Of a DNA stretch of 6,533 bases, positions 1-6,533 are shown one piece after another. Within the stretch, counting starts at the first letter, position 1. Each line of letters begins with the position of its first letter. Source of the DNA: a virus. Lineage: Duplodnaviria > Heunggongvirae > Uroviricota > Caudoviricetes. Made by a program: the position numbers and the translations under genes. The stretch spans positions 1-6,533 of the IMG/VR virus record IMGVR_UViG_2698536437_000003. One strand, given 5' to 3'. The notes below the pieces were generated by a model. The model saw nothing but the letters and a program-made list of their open reading frames with translations. It made no database searches and had not been told where the DNA came from.

Positions 1-81
1 CGCCAATGTTAGACTGAAATTGACGCCTGATGTTGATTATTAATAATCAGCTATGAAGTTTTAATTTGAATACAATGCAAT

Positions 82-270
82 TCACGAGGACTGAAGTTTC
101 TCGCAATTAAAATTTATCAGTTTTACTTTCTGCTCTCTGGAAACGCCTGCTTCTTTTTTACCTGAGAGCATTTTTTCGCATTCTGATTTCGTTAGTTTAG
201 ATTTTGAATATCTTGTCCAGTTAGTAGGAGTGCCACCTTCCTTTTCAATTGTAGCGGTAATTTTATACAT
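82..270 (-). CDS. small hypothetical prophage protein (62 aa), in the position ydaC occupies downstream of ralR in Rac-type prophages
   Basis: ORF-track ORF 82..342 (86 aa) contains an internal ATG at 268-270 preceded by GGAGG with a 5-nt spacer. That ATG overlaps the ralR stop (ATGTATAA) at 263-265. The first 24 codons of the 86-aa ORF overlap ralR in another frame, so the shorter start is preferred. Product not recognised; placement is by synteny only. Confidence 0.5.
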   Translation of the reverse strand: MYKITATIEKEGGTPTNWTRYSKSKLTKSECEKMLSGKKEAGVSREQKVKLINFNCEKLQSS

Positions 271-469
271 GAACGCCTCCATTAATATTTTCAGTGGTTC
301 GTTTATCCCATCTTTCGAGCGCTTCTTTTTCACTTCCACCATAGCCAGTTCGGGATTCGCATCCGTTGCATTTTGCCCGGTAATATCATGAAATGTCTTT
401 CACCGTTACTGATGGACAACCACAAAACGGACATGGTTTAACATCGTCATATCTCAAAGTTTTTGTCAT
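263..469 (-). pseudogene. ralR: ralR/lar restriction-alleviation protein (Lar family zinc ribbon), interrupted by an in-frame TGA at 386-388
   Basis: Minus-strand translation from ATG 467-469 gives MTKTLRYDDVKPCPFCGCPSVTVKDIS-stop-YYRAKCNGCESRTGYGGSEKEALERWDKRTTENINGGVHV-stop (TAA 263-265). The two Cys pairs (CPFCGC ... CNGC) are in one frame on either side of the TGA. This matches my memory of the 64-aa K-12 RalR, which has Gly where the TGA sits. A TTG at 455-457 corresponds to the K-12 start position. Too short to appear in the ORF track. Confidence 0.6.
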
Positions 470-513
470 AAAAACTATCTCACGTTGGCGGTGCATTACA
501 CCGCCTGGCTGAA

Positions 514-1318
514 TTATTCTTCTGAATTATCGATTACACTGTATTCCCCGGTTAATACAGAGGAGTCTGCCGGATCGATTGTCAGTGGTTCCTTTTCATC
601 CATTGATACTGCACGCTGGATTTCAATTGAGACAGGCAGGTATTTAAACAGGCGACGAATAGCCGTTTTTTTTGCCATTTCTTCCCAGTGAGTTACCCAC
701 GGCCCGTTATTACCTGCCTTACTCTGGCTGCGCACCAGTTCAATCTGTTTGCGCGTCATAACTTCAAACTGAGTCCCTCCGTCTTTCAGTCTTGCGACAG
801 CATAGACGTGGGTAAGCATCTTCGTTTTCTCCCGGGCGGTGTATTAACTTTTCATCAAGGCCAAATTCGAAGCTAAACTCGTCACCTTCACGGACAACAC
901 GGGCTGACAGGCTGGCGATTTGACCAGAACGGCGAGCCAGATCAATCATGCCGCGATAGCCAATGATTAGCTGAACGTTCTTTTTACCGCTCTTTTCGTT
1001 TTTATTACCAAAAGGCAGTAAATATGCGTGGCCAAGGGCGCTACCTGGCTCAAGGCCGAGCTGTGAACACTGTACGATTGCACTGACAAAACTCATAGTG
1101 TCACAGTTTCCTAACGCTGGAACGTTACGAATTTCTGTGGTGGCGATACGGATCATACGTTCAGCCGTCATATGGCGTGGAAGAGCTGCTGCCAGTTGCT
1201 CTTTCATTGATGGCTGGTTAATAAAACTAATCACGTCGTTATTTTTAACTGCTGCTGGTGCACGGTTTCCCTGAGTTTTTTGCAGATCGGCTTTTGCGAT
1301 TGGTGGTTGCTTAGTCAT
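514..1318 (-). pseudogene. recT: recT (RecT-family single-strand annealing recombinase) disrupted by a frameshift near 814
   Basis: Two same-strand ORFs in different frames: 764..1375 (real start [13 protein letters not shown]... at ATG 1316-1318) and 514..819 (..THVYAVARLKDGGTQFEVMTRKQIELV..SVIDNSEE). Together they cover about 269 codons, the intact RecT length. The upstream frame runs into ...GENEDA and then nonsense (YPRLCCRKTERRRDSV) to a stop at 764. Only 1 nt (814) separates the last conserved codon of one frame from the first of the other, consistent with roughly a 5-bp deletion. Confidence 0.8.
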
Positions 1319-3983
1319 TTGCATATTCCTTAGCCCAGCGGGGCAGTGATAACGTCTTAATAGCTGGCCATTCATCGGTATTGAGGCAGTCAGCCAGGGT
1401 CCTCAGATTGCGGTGATATTCCTGCTGGCCTGCCAGTTTTGCTTCTTCGCCCATCATGAAAATCTCAACCGGATAACGTCCGCATTCAACAGTTGTGCTG
1501 GCAACCAGAAAAACGAAAGTTGGCAGCACACCAAACTGTGCTTCATAACCGTCACTGTAGAATGCATCCTGAACGTGATAGCGGTAGTCGTAATAAGCCG
1601 TTTTGAATCGTTGAATATCCGCTGTGGTTTTCACGTCCATGATCCAGTGAAATTCAGGAATAATTTTGTCCGGACGGCACCGACACAAAATTCCTGTTTC
1701 CGGATCTTCCCAGTAAATTGATGATTCAGCGTGTCCGGCGCTTTCCACAAGCCATTGACCCAGCGGCAAAGCCATAACGCTCTGATACATGAGTTCAATT
1801 TTCCGGCCTTCTTCGGCAGTGATAACCGTTTTTCCTGTGCTTGCGCATTCCATCAGAAACGCTTTCTCTTCTTCTTTTCCGGCGTTTGTACGGCGGTTAA
1901 ATTCAGGTGCTACGATAAAGCGGTTACTGAATTCTTCCGGTTCAAGTACACGGCAGTGGAAAGCGGTTCCTAAATCGAGCGTTTTTGTCTTTGTGGTGTC
2001 CACAGGGGCATTTTTACGCCACAAATACAGCGCCGGAGTATCAGTAATGTCGTCGAGCTGAGACTTACTGACACCGGGACCCGCGTGGTAATTCTCATTC
2101 GAAATTCCGTAATAAATACCAGGCTCTATGTCTCCTGCGATTACGGGATCTGCGACTTCGCCAGTTTCATCACTGCAATCGCGATGCAGATCGCTGCCAG
2201 CATTCTCATTGTGCGGATGTTCAGGGCCTTCCATTTCCTCCGGCTCTTTTTCCTGAGATTCATCCAGATTTTCTTCATTAAAGGTTTCCTGATACGTTGC
2301 GTCGCCCATCACCGCACCACAGTCAGGGCAGTTATCCCCGCCAGTCTGACCGCAGGCATTGCAGACTATTTCCGGTTTCTGTTGCACTACTGGTTCAGGT
2401 TGTTTCACATCCGGGCTGGTTTTTACAGTTTCTGGCGTGTTTTGTTCCGTTTCTGGCTGGTTCTGGTACACAGAGTCGCGAGTCTGGATCCCCTTTACCC
2501 ATTTCGGATCGTTCGGGTCGCTAATCCCTTCAACGAACTCACCACGCGAAGCAGCCAGTAATTTGTCTGCATCGACAGGATTTTTGGGCGGAATGTTTTT
2601 CCGTGTTTCATGGAGTTCTGCCCGCAGTTTCTGATATTTTTCATCAACAGAATTTACCTGTGACTGAGCATCCAGCGGCTGCGTGTCCTGATGATGTTCA
2701 GTTGCATCCGGTTCCACTGTTTCAGCCGTTGCCTGTTCATCTGCCATTGCGCAATATGGTTGCGGTTTTTCTTCATCATCCTGTTTTTCTTCTTCTGTTA
2801 CACGCTGCGGCATCGGGGCAGAGGAACGACCGCAGGCAATATCCACGATTTCCGGATCAGGGTTGGCATGATCAGTTTCAGTCAGTACTTTGTTCAGATA
2901 TTCAGTGACGTGCGCGGGGATGACCTCGATCCCAATTGGTGCTTCTTTCACGGACGCAACCACGATGGCGCGGGAATAATCCAGCCCGCCAGGCATGGTG
3001 ATGAATTTGTCGCGGAAAACAGAAAAGGGCGGTTTATTTTCAGCGATAATTTCCTCAATGCGTTTAGCGTGTGCCGGATGAAGGTTATAGATGTCCACGT
3101 CCATTGAACGGGCCAGAATGCCAGTGGCTACGTCGCGGGCCAGCGACGCCTGATCATGAACGAAACCTTCGCCGCGATCGGTAAGGTTCCCGCCGCCTGC
3201 ATTAGCACCGGAATCTGTGCGAGTGATGCGTGAAACACGATTCCCTTTTCGCCATTCTTTTGTTAGAAGACCGCGATCAATGTGTTCGGTGTCCAGCCAG
3301 GCTGAAATGAAATTCTTAAATTCATAGGGCTGATGTTTTTTCGTGATAGAGAAAACTGCCTTAATTGCATCAGTCAGGCGGAGCAGGGCGGCATTATCCA
3401 GAGTTGTCGGTTCTGCCATGCCGCGTATGGCCAACAGCAGATTCTGGACATAGCTGTTTTCCTGATCCATCTCAAGAGCGGTAATGTGTTCGCGTTGTTT
3501 ACGGGTGGCATGATGCAGGTATTTCCGATCCCCGGCCGCATACGTAAAAATGTGCAGAAGACGCTGTGTGAACCGCAAAGTGGCTACAGAGACTTCGCAA
3601 TCCTGGCAATCCCCGTGGGCGTCTGCCTGCGCGTTTTCTTCCAGGCCTCCCGCCAGTTCTTTGGTTTCCTGAGCATTATCCTGGTGGTGAACGTCGTCTG
3701 GTGCTGCTCCCGGTTTTAGTTCCCAGGTCATGGAGTCTTTGCTGAGTTGATAGCGTTCACTCCAGGTAAAATCGATCTCACCTTCAGGGGGCAGGTCATT
3801 AACGACAGGAAAATTCGTGGCAACAGCTTTAAAATAGTTGCTCAGTTTTTTACCTGACTTAACGATCAGGTAGTCCAGAGTGGCACAGGTTGATTCAAAA
3901 TCGTCGCTTGCCCACAGGACGACGTCAGGCTCACCGGATGATTTTTTCGCTTTCCGTAAAAGGAAGAGTGGTTTTGTGCTCAT
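1311..3983 (-). CDS. recE: exodeoxyribonuclease VIII (RecE), 890 aa, apparently intact
   Basis: Continuous 890-codon ORF. The C-terminal third (..[24 protein letters not shown].. EDPETG.. IMDVKT ..) matches the RecE nuclease domain with a PD-(D/E)XK-like D..E/D..D-x-K arrangement. The central region is acidic/low-complexity with a CNAC-x7-CPDC motif. The stop TAA (1311-1313) overlaps the recT start ATG (1316-1318) as ATGACTAA. Confidence 0.9.
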   Translation of the reverse strand: MSTKPLFLLRKAKKSSGEPDVVLWASDDFESTCATLDYLIVKSGKKLSNYFKAVATNFPVVNDLPPEGEIDFTWSERYQLSKDSMTWELKPGAAPDDVHHQDNAQETKELAGGLEENAQADAHGDCQDCEVSVATLRFTQRLLHIFTYAAGDRKYLHHATRKQREHITALEMDQENSYVQNLLLAIRGMAEPTTLDNAALLRLTDAIKAVFSITKKHQPYEFKNFISAWLDTEHIDRGLLTKEWRKGNRVSRITRTDSGANAGGGNLTDRGEGFVHDQASLARDVATGILARSMDVDIYNLHPAHAKRIEEIIAENKPPFSVFRDKFITMPGGLDYSRAIVVASVKEAPIGIEVIPAHVTEYLNKVLTETDHANPDPEIVDIACGRSSAPMPQRVTEEEKQDDEEKPQPYCAMADEQATAETVEPDATEHHQDTQPLDAQSQVNSVDEKYQKLRAELHETRKNIPPKNPVDADKLLAASRGEFVEGISDPNDPKWVKGIQTRDSVYQNQPETEQNTPETVKTSPDVKQPEPVVQQKPEIVCNACGQTGGDNCPDCGAVMGDATYQETFNEENLDESQEKEPEEMEGPEHPHNENAGSDLHRDCSDETGEVADPVIAGDIEPGIYYGISNENYHAGPGVSKSQLDDITDTPALYLWRKNAPVDTTKTKTLDLGTAFHCRVLEPEEFSNRFIVAPEFNRRTNAGKEEEKAFLMECASTGKTVITAEEGRKIELMYQSVMALPLGQWLVESAGHAESSIYWEDPETGILCRCRPDKIIPEFHWIMDVKTTADIQRFKTAYYDYRYHVQDAFYSDGYEAQFGVLPTFVFLVASTTVECGRYPVEIFMMGEEAKLAGQQEYHRNLRTLADCLNTDEWPAIKTLSLPRWAKEYAND

Positions 3984-4054
3984 TGTTTTTTAACCTCAAC
4001 TCAGATTAAAATTCGTTTTGTTCAGTGAATGATCTTGCCGGATACACACTGTTC

Positions 4055-4079
4055 ATAGCCTGCGCCATACGCAGGCTAT
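4055..4079. other. perfect 10-bp inverted repeat (ATAGCCTGCG-ccata-CGCAGGCTAT) in the racC-recE intergenic region
   Basis: Arms 4055-4064 and 4070-4079 are exact reverse complements with a 5-nt loop. It lies 6 nt downstream of the racC stop and about 70 nt upstream of the recE start. On the plus strand it is followed by TTCTTTC; on the minus (mRNA) strand no U-tract follows. Confidence 0.4.
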
Positions 4080-4084
4080 TTCTT

Positions 4085-4360
4085 TCAGATTTCACCGTTT
4101 AATTTCATTGCAATCAGAGTTGCCAGAAATCCGGCTTTTTTTTCTGCGGGCAGATTCTTTCCGATGTGAACCAGGCACATTTTTGTGACACCTTCATCAA
4201 GTGTTTTTACGTTGCCTGATGGACCATCGATATCAACCACAGTGAATGGGGTTTCTTTATTTTTTGTTTTAATTACGTAGCCAATGCGCTTTCCTTCCAG
4301 ATTCACCTCGTGAACAATGTCATCGGTAGTTACAACAGTGGTTTCATAATTGGTAATCAT
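4085..4360 (-). CDS. racC: RacC-like small prophage protein (91 aa)
   Basis: ORF-track ORF 4085..4408. The internal ATG at 4358-4360 is preceded by GGAGA with a 5-nt spacer and gives MITNYETTVVTTDD..., 91 aa. Size and position immediately upstream of recE match K-12 racC. Identification is by synteny and size, not verified by alignment. Confidence 0.7.
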   Translation of the reverse strand: MITNYETTVVTTDDIVHEVNLEGKRIGYVIKTKNKETPFTVVDIDGPSGNVKTLDEGVTKMCLVHIGKNLPAEKKAGFLATLIAMKLNGEI

Positions 4361-4434
4361 GTTTTTCTCCTGAATTAAGGTTGAGCGAATCCCTGCCATT
4401 TCTGGCATAAATTCAGTTTCGAATAGTCAATTAA

Positions 4435-4611
4435 TTAAAGTTCGTGTGCCATCTGGTCTTTTTCGGCACAAGCTTCACTGCAATATTTTCTCGGTTCGTC
4501 TTTTGATAAAGTCCCGTGCATGAAGTGAAGCATTCTTTCTATAGTTTTGCTTTCTTCAACGTCTTTTTTGCAAAGGTGGTAAGCACATTTTATTTTCTTA
4601 GTCGTCACCAT
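4435..4611 (-). CDS. ydaE: YdaE-like small Cys-containing (putative zinc-binding) protein, 58 aa
   Basis: Hand translation of the minus strand: [58 protein letters not shown], stop TAA 4435-4437. Cys at C-x4-C and C-x3-C. Too short for the ORF track. The start ATG 4609-4611 overlaps the kilR stop (4605-4607). Sits between kilR and racC as ydaE does in Rac. Confidence 0.6.
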   Translation of the reverse strand: MVTTKKIKCAYHLCKKDVEESKTIERMLHFMHGTLSKDEPRKYCSEACAEKDQMAHEL

Positions 4612-4826
4612 GACTCCGCCTTTACAGGTAAACCATCACGACCGAGGAAGACTTTAATCATGCAGTCAGTAATGCATGTTTTTGTAGTTAGGCTACGAAT
4701 ATAAAGTTTTCGCTTTTTAATATTGTTTGCCGAGGCAATATATGTCCGGCCTTCATGAAGAACATAATCGCCAGGAGTCACGCACTGGCGTGGTATTTCA
4801 TCGGTTCCGAAGTGATGAGCAATCAT
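4605..4826 (-). CDS. kilR: KilR-like cell-division inhibitor, 73 aa
   Basis: 73-aa ORF ([14 protein letters not shown]...). ATG 4824-4826 is preceded by AGGAG with a 7-nt spacer. Size and position upstream of ydaE/racC/recE match K-12 kilR. Function is taken from K-12, not shown here. Confidence 0.7.
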   Translation of the reverse strand: MIAHHFGTDEIPRQCVTPGDYVLHEGRTYIASANNIKKRKLYIRSLTTKTCITDCMIKVFLGRDGLPVKAESW

Positions 4827-4872
4827 AATTATCTCCTTAATAAATTTGTCGTATTAAGAAAATTCCAGAAAA

Positions 4873-5721
4873 CTATTTAATACTCAGCAACTGCTCGACG
4901 GTCATGTTTTTAATTGCGCTTCGGTTTACAAGAGTCCAGCCCTGTTTCTCCAGATAAAGGCGGAAAGTGTCTAGGGTACAGACGAGAGCGTCATCAGGAA
5001 CGGTTTCAGTGAATTCGACGTTGCCGAATTTGTCGAAGCGAACAACCAGAGTGCGCCCATCGCCCGGAATGATTTTGTTTGTGGGAGTGGTATTATTCTG
5101 GCGTAGTTCTGCTTCCATGCGGTCGAACTCAGCGATGTAGGCCTCTTTGAATGCAGCGGCTTTTTTGCCAGTGAAGCCCATCACCAGGAAAACGAAGCCG
5201 TTTTTGGTGATCTGGTAGGCATTATAGGAATTGCCGCGATGTTCGAATTTAACCCGCGAAAAGTTGCTGGTTAAAAAATATTCAGAGCATTCGAGGGATT
5301 CTATTTTTTGGACAACATGATGATGTTGCTTGCCAAAAAACTCTGCGATCGCAATGGATGTAGTTACAGCGCGACCGTTTTCGATGGTTACGTCAGGGTG
5401 AGAAAGGGTAGGGATAGTAGTCATAATGACAGCCTCGATAGTCAGTTTAAATAACTCACCACCAAGGTTTTCCACGACCATAAGGGTGGTGAGACGTACA
5501 GGGGTGGAAATACCGGCGACTACCGAAACCGGCCAGCTTTGCGGCTGCCCTGCACGCCCCACCATAATCTGAATGTGGCTGTGCATTACGCATAAAAAAA
5601 CCGCCTGAGCGCGGTTATGCGCGGTAATCATCATCGGGTTTCCACGCCCGGCACCCGTTTTATAAGGTGCAGGTGCACTATAATTCCACCCGTTCTGGTT
5701 TTCAATAGCTACATTCAACAT
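4873..5721 (-). CDS. Rha-family phage regulatory protein; the full 282-codon ORF is given but the real start may be the internal ATG at 5422-5424 (183 aa)
   Basis: Residues about 100-200 (MTTIPTLSHPDVTIENGRAVTTSIAIAEFFGKQHHHVVQKIESL...NFSRVKFEHRGNSYNAYQITKNGFVFLVMGFTGKKAAAFKEAYIAEFDRME) fit the Rha (Phage_pRha) domain pattern, which is normally N-terminal. ATG 5721 has an AGGTGA SD with a 6-nt spacer; ATG 5424 has GAGG with an 8-nt spacer. The upstream 99 codons have no recognisable domain and contain a terminator-like hairpin. Confidence 0.6.
   Translation of the reverse strand: MLNVAIENQNGWNYSAPAPYKTGAGRGNPMMITAHNRAQAVFLCVMHSHIQIMVGRAGQPQSWPVSVVAGISTPVRLTTLMVVENLGGELFKLTIEAVIMTTIPTLSHPDVTIENGRAVTTSIAIAEFFGKQHHHVVQKIESLECSEYFLTSNFSRVKFEHRGNSYNAYQITKNGFVFLVMGFTGKKAAAFKEAYIAEFDRMEAELRQNNTTPTNKIIPGDGRTLVVRFDKFGNVEFTETVPDDALVCTLDTFRLYLEKQGWTLVNRSAIKNMTVEQLLSIK
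5594..5616 (-). terminator. weak terminator-like hairpin (AACCGC-GCUCAG-GCGGUU followed by U5-7), inside the 5' extension of the Rha ORF
   Basis: Plus strand 5594-5616 is AAAAAAACCGCCTGAGCGCGGTT. On the minus transcript this is a 6-bp stem (4 GC pairs), a 6-nt loop, then a U-run. The stem is short, so this may be chance. Confidence 0.25.
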
Positions 5722-5904
5722 TTTCTCTCACCTTTCATCACCGAAGTGAACTTTGTTGATGCGGTGCCTGGTGCCTCCAGGTGACGTTAACCAGTTAACA
5801 ATTAACGCCGGATATTTCACCCATAACTCTGCTACGAAGGACAATAGCTTTTTAACTGTTCCGCGTGCGCTTAGCCGCATTCACCGCATCACAAAATTCA
5901 CTTT

Positions 5905-5951
5905 AAAAAGGGCGGACATCAGTCGAACTTCAAGAAAAAACTGATGCCGCC
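5905..5951 (-). terminator. candidate rho-independent terminator on the minus strand: 12-bp stem with one bulge, followed by CUUUUU
   Basis: Arms 5911-5923 (GGCGGACATCAGT) and 5940-5951 (ACTGATGCCGCC) are reverse complements apart from one bulged A, with a 16-nt loop. On the minus transcript the stem is followed by CUUUUUAAAG (plus 5901-5910). Confidence 0.45.
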
Positions 5952-6105
5952 AAGACTACACACAGCAGTGTTGTTATTCACAACCGGAGGCGCACTCCCA
6001 CCATTTAAATTTGACAGACAAGACCGACTCTTTATGGATACCGGAAATGCGCCTTCGTGTTATGCCCGGTTTTATTTCACCACCTCCGGGCTTTGGTGGC
6101 CTCGG

Positions 6106-6210
6106 CTATACCAAGCTTTTGGTATACGTCATGGCGGTGAACGTTCCATCCTGGTTGGGGAACACGCCACACACTAGGGATTCGTTGTTGCCGAGGTCGA
6201 TTTTTTGCAT
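6106..6210 (-). CDS. small hypothetical ORF (34 aa), in the position of ydaF in Rac; possibly truncated
   Basis: Hand translation: MQKIDLGNNESLVCGVFPNQDGTFTAMTYTKSLV, stop TAG 6106-6108. ATG 6208-6210 lies 10 nt after the stop of the upstream ydaG-like ORF, with no clear SD. Not verified by homology. Confidence 0.3.
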   Translation of the reverse strand: MQKIDLGNNESLVCGVFPNQDGTFTAMTYTKSLV

Positions 6211-6220
6211 TTTGCGAATC

Positions 6221-6355
6221 TCACATCTTGTTGCTGCATATAGCGGCTTCTGCCTGCCAGAGATCCCAGTCGTTGCTGCGTAGAGCCTGTACAGCTTGGC
6301 TGTAAGTGATACCGCAACAATCCATCAAATACTGAACTACTTCGTAATGCACCAT
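6221..6355 (-). CDS. small prophage protein (44 aa), ydaG-like by size and position
   Basis: Hand translation: MVHYEVVQYLMDCCGITYSQAVQALRSNDWDLWQAEAAICSNKM, stop TGA 6221-6223. ATG 6353-6355 is preceded by AGGGAGAG about 7 nt upstream. The 44-aa length matches my memory of K-12 YdaG; sequence identity not verified. Confidence 0.5.
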   Translation of the reverse strand: MVHYEVVQYLMDCCGITYSQAVQALRSNDWDLWQAEAAICSNKM

Positions 6356-6399
6356 TTTATCTCTCCCTTTAACGCCGGGTGGCGGAACTAAAACCTACA

Positions 6400-6533
6400 G
6401 CGCCGTGCTGCTTCTGTAATAATATTAGTTATGTTCATATTAATGATCAACACAAATATGCATTTCGTTGATAAAAATGTACTATCCTAATGAAATTTTT
6501 AGTGTTTTTTTGATAAAAAGTAAGGCGGGGGCG
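6400..6533. promoter_or_regulatory. AT-rich intergenic region with an exact 10-bp direct repeat TTGATAAAAA (6468-6477 and 6510-6519); candidate promoter/operator region
   Basis: No ORF can enter from the right edge on the minus strand for more than about 30 codons (stops in all three frames by 6447-6489). TTGATA (6468-6473) resembles a -35 element, with TGAAAT 17 nt downstream (6491-6496) as a weak -10. No repressor gene is visible inside the window. Confidence 0.3.

Noticed and set aside
271-342. The longer 86-aa version of ORF 82..342
   Set aside because: Its first 24 codons overlap the 3' end of ralR in another frame. The internal ATG at 270 has a GGAGG SD and the typical stop/start overlap, so the shorter start is preferred.
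386-388. TGA in ralR as selenocysteine or programmed readthrough
   Set aside because: No SECIS-like stem-loop immediately downstream, and Lar-family proteins are not known selenoproteins. A nonsense mutation is the simpler explanation.
800-830. Programmed ribosomal frameshift in recT
   Set aside because: No slippery heptamer or homopolymer run at the frame junction, and the geometry fits a short deletion.
485-876. Plus-strand ORFs 485..691 and 688..876
   Set aside because: Antisense to the recT coding sequence, with no SD and no recognisable features.
1413-3719. Nine plus-strand ORFs (75-158 aa) from the ORF track, e.g. 1413..1721, 2085..2561, 2691..3107, 3333..3719
   Set aside because: All lie antisense to the 890-aa recE ORF, have odd composition (F/R/C/H-rich, low complexity) and no recognisable domain. 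They are shadow ORFs of recE.
4361-4408. The longer 107-aa version of the racC ORF
   Set aside because: The internal ATG at 4360 has a GGAGA SD at ideal spacing and gives the 91-aa length expected for RacC; the upstream 16 codons lack an SD.
4516-4704. Plus-strand ORF 4516..4704 (62 aa)
   Set aside because: Antisense to the ydaE/kilR overlap region; hydrophobic F-rich translation typical of a shadow frame.
5753-6283. Plus-strand ORFs 5753..5944, 5944..6177 and 6011..6283, considered as a possible sieB remnant or novel genes
   Set aside because: No SD, unusual Pro/Arg-rich composition, no membrane-protein character expected of SieB, and they overlap better-supported minus-strand small ORFs and the terminator hairpin.
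1-6533. CRISPR arrays, tRNA/rRNA genes, IS elements or attachment sites
   Set aside because: No regularly spaced repeats, no cloverleaf-like GC-rich segment and no terminal inverted repeats with a transposase ORF were seen. The window appears entirely internal to the prophage.

Overview
This window reads as the early-left recombination region of a Rac-type lambdoid (cryptic) prophage from an E. coli-like enterobacterium. All supported genes lie on the minus strand. From high to low coordinate: a ydaG-like small ORF, a 34-aa ORF, a Rha-family regulatory protein (in the slot where K-12 Rac carries sieB, as I recall the map), kilR, ydaE, racC, recE (intact, 890 aa), recT (split by a frameshift), ralR/lar (interrupted by an in-frame TGA) and a ydaC-position small ORF. 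Consecutive genes overlap by 7-8 nt at three junctions. No tRNA, rRNA or CRISPR array was found. The main observations are the two inactivating lesions (recT, ralR) next to an intact recE, the Rha-family replacement with an ambiguous 5' end, and about 380 bp (5722-6105) with no confident gene but a terminator-like hairpin. I do not see a convincing novel multi-gene system here. All homology statements are from reading the translations and from memory of the K-12 Rac proteins; no database search was run.
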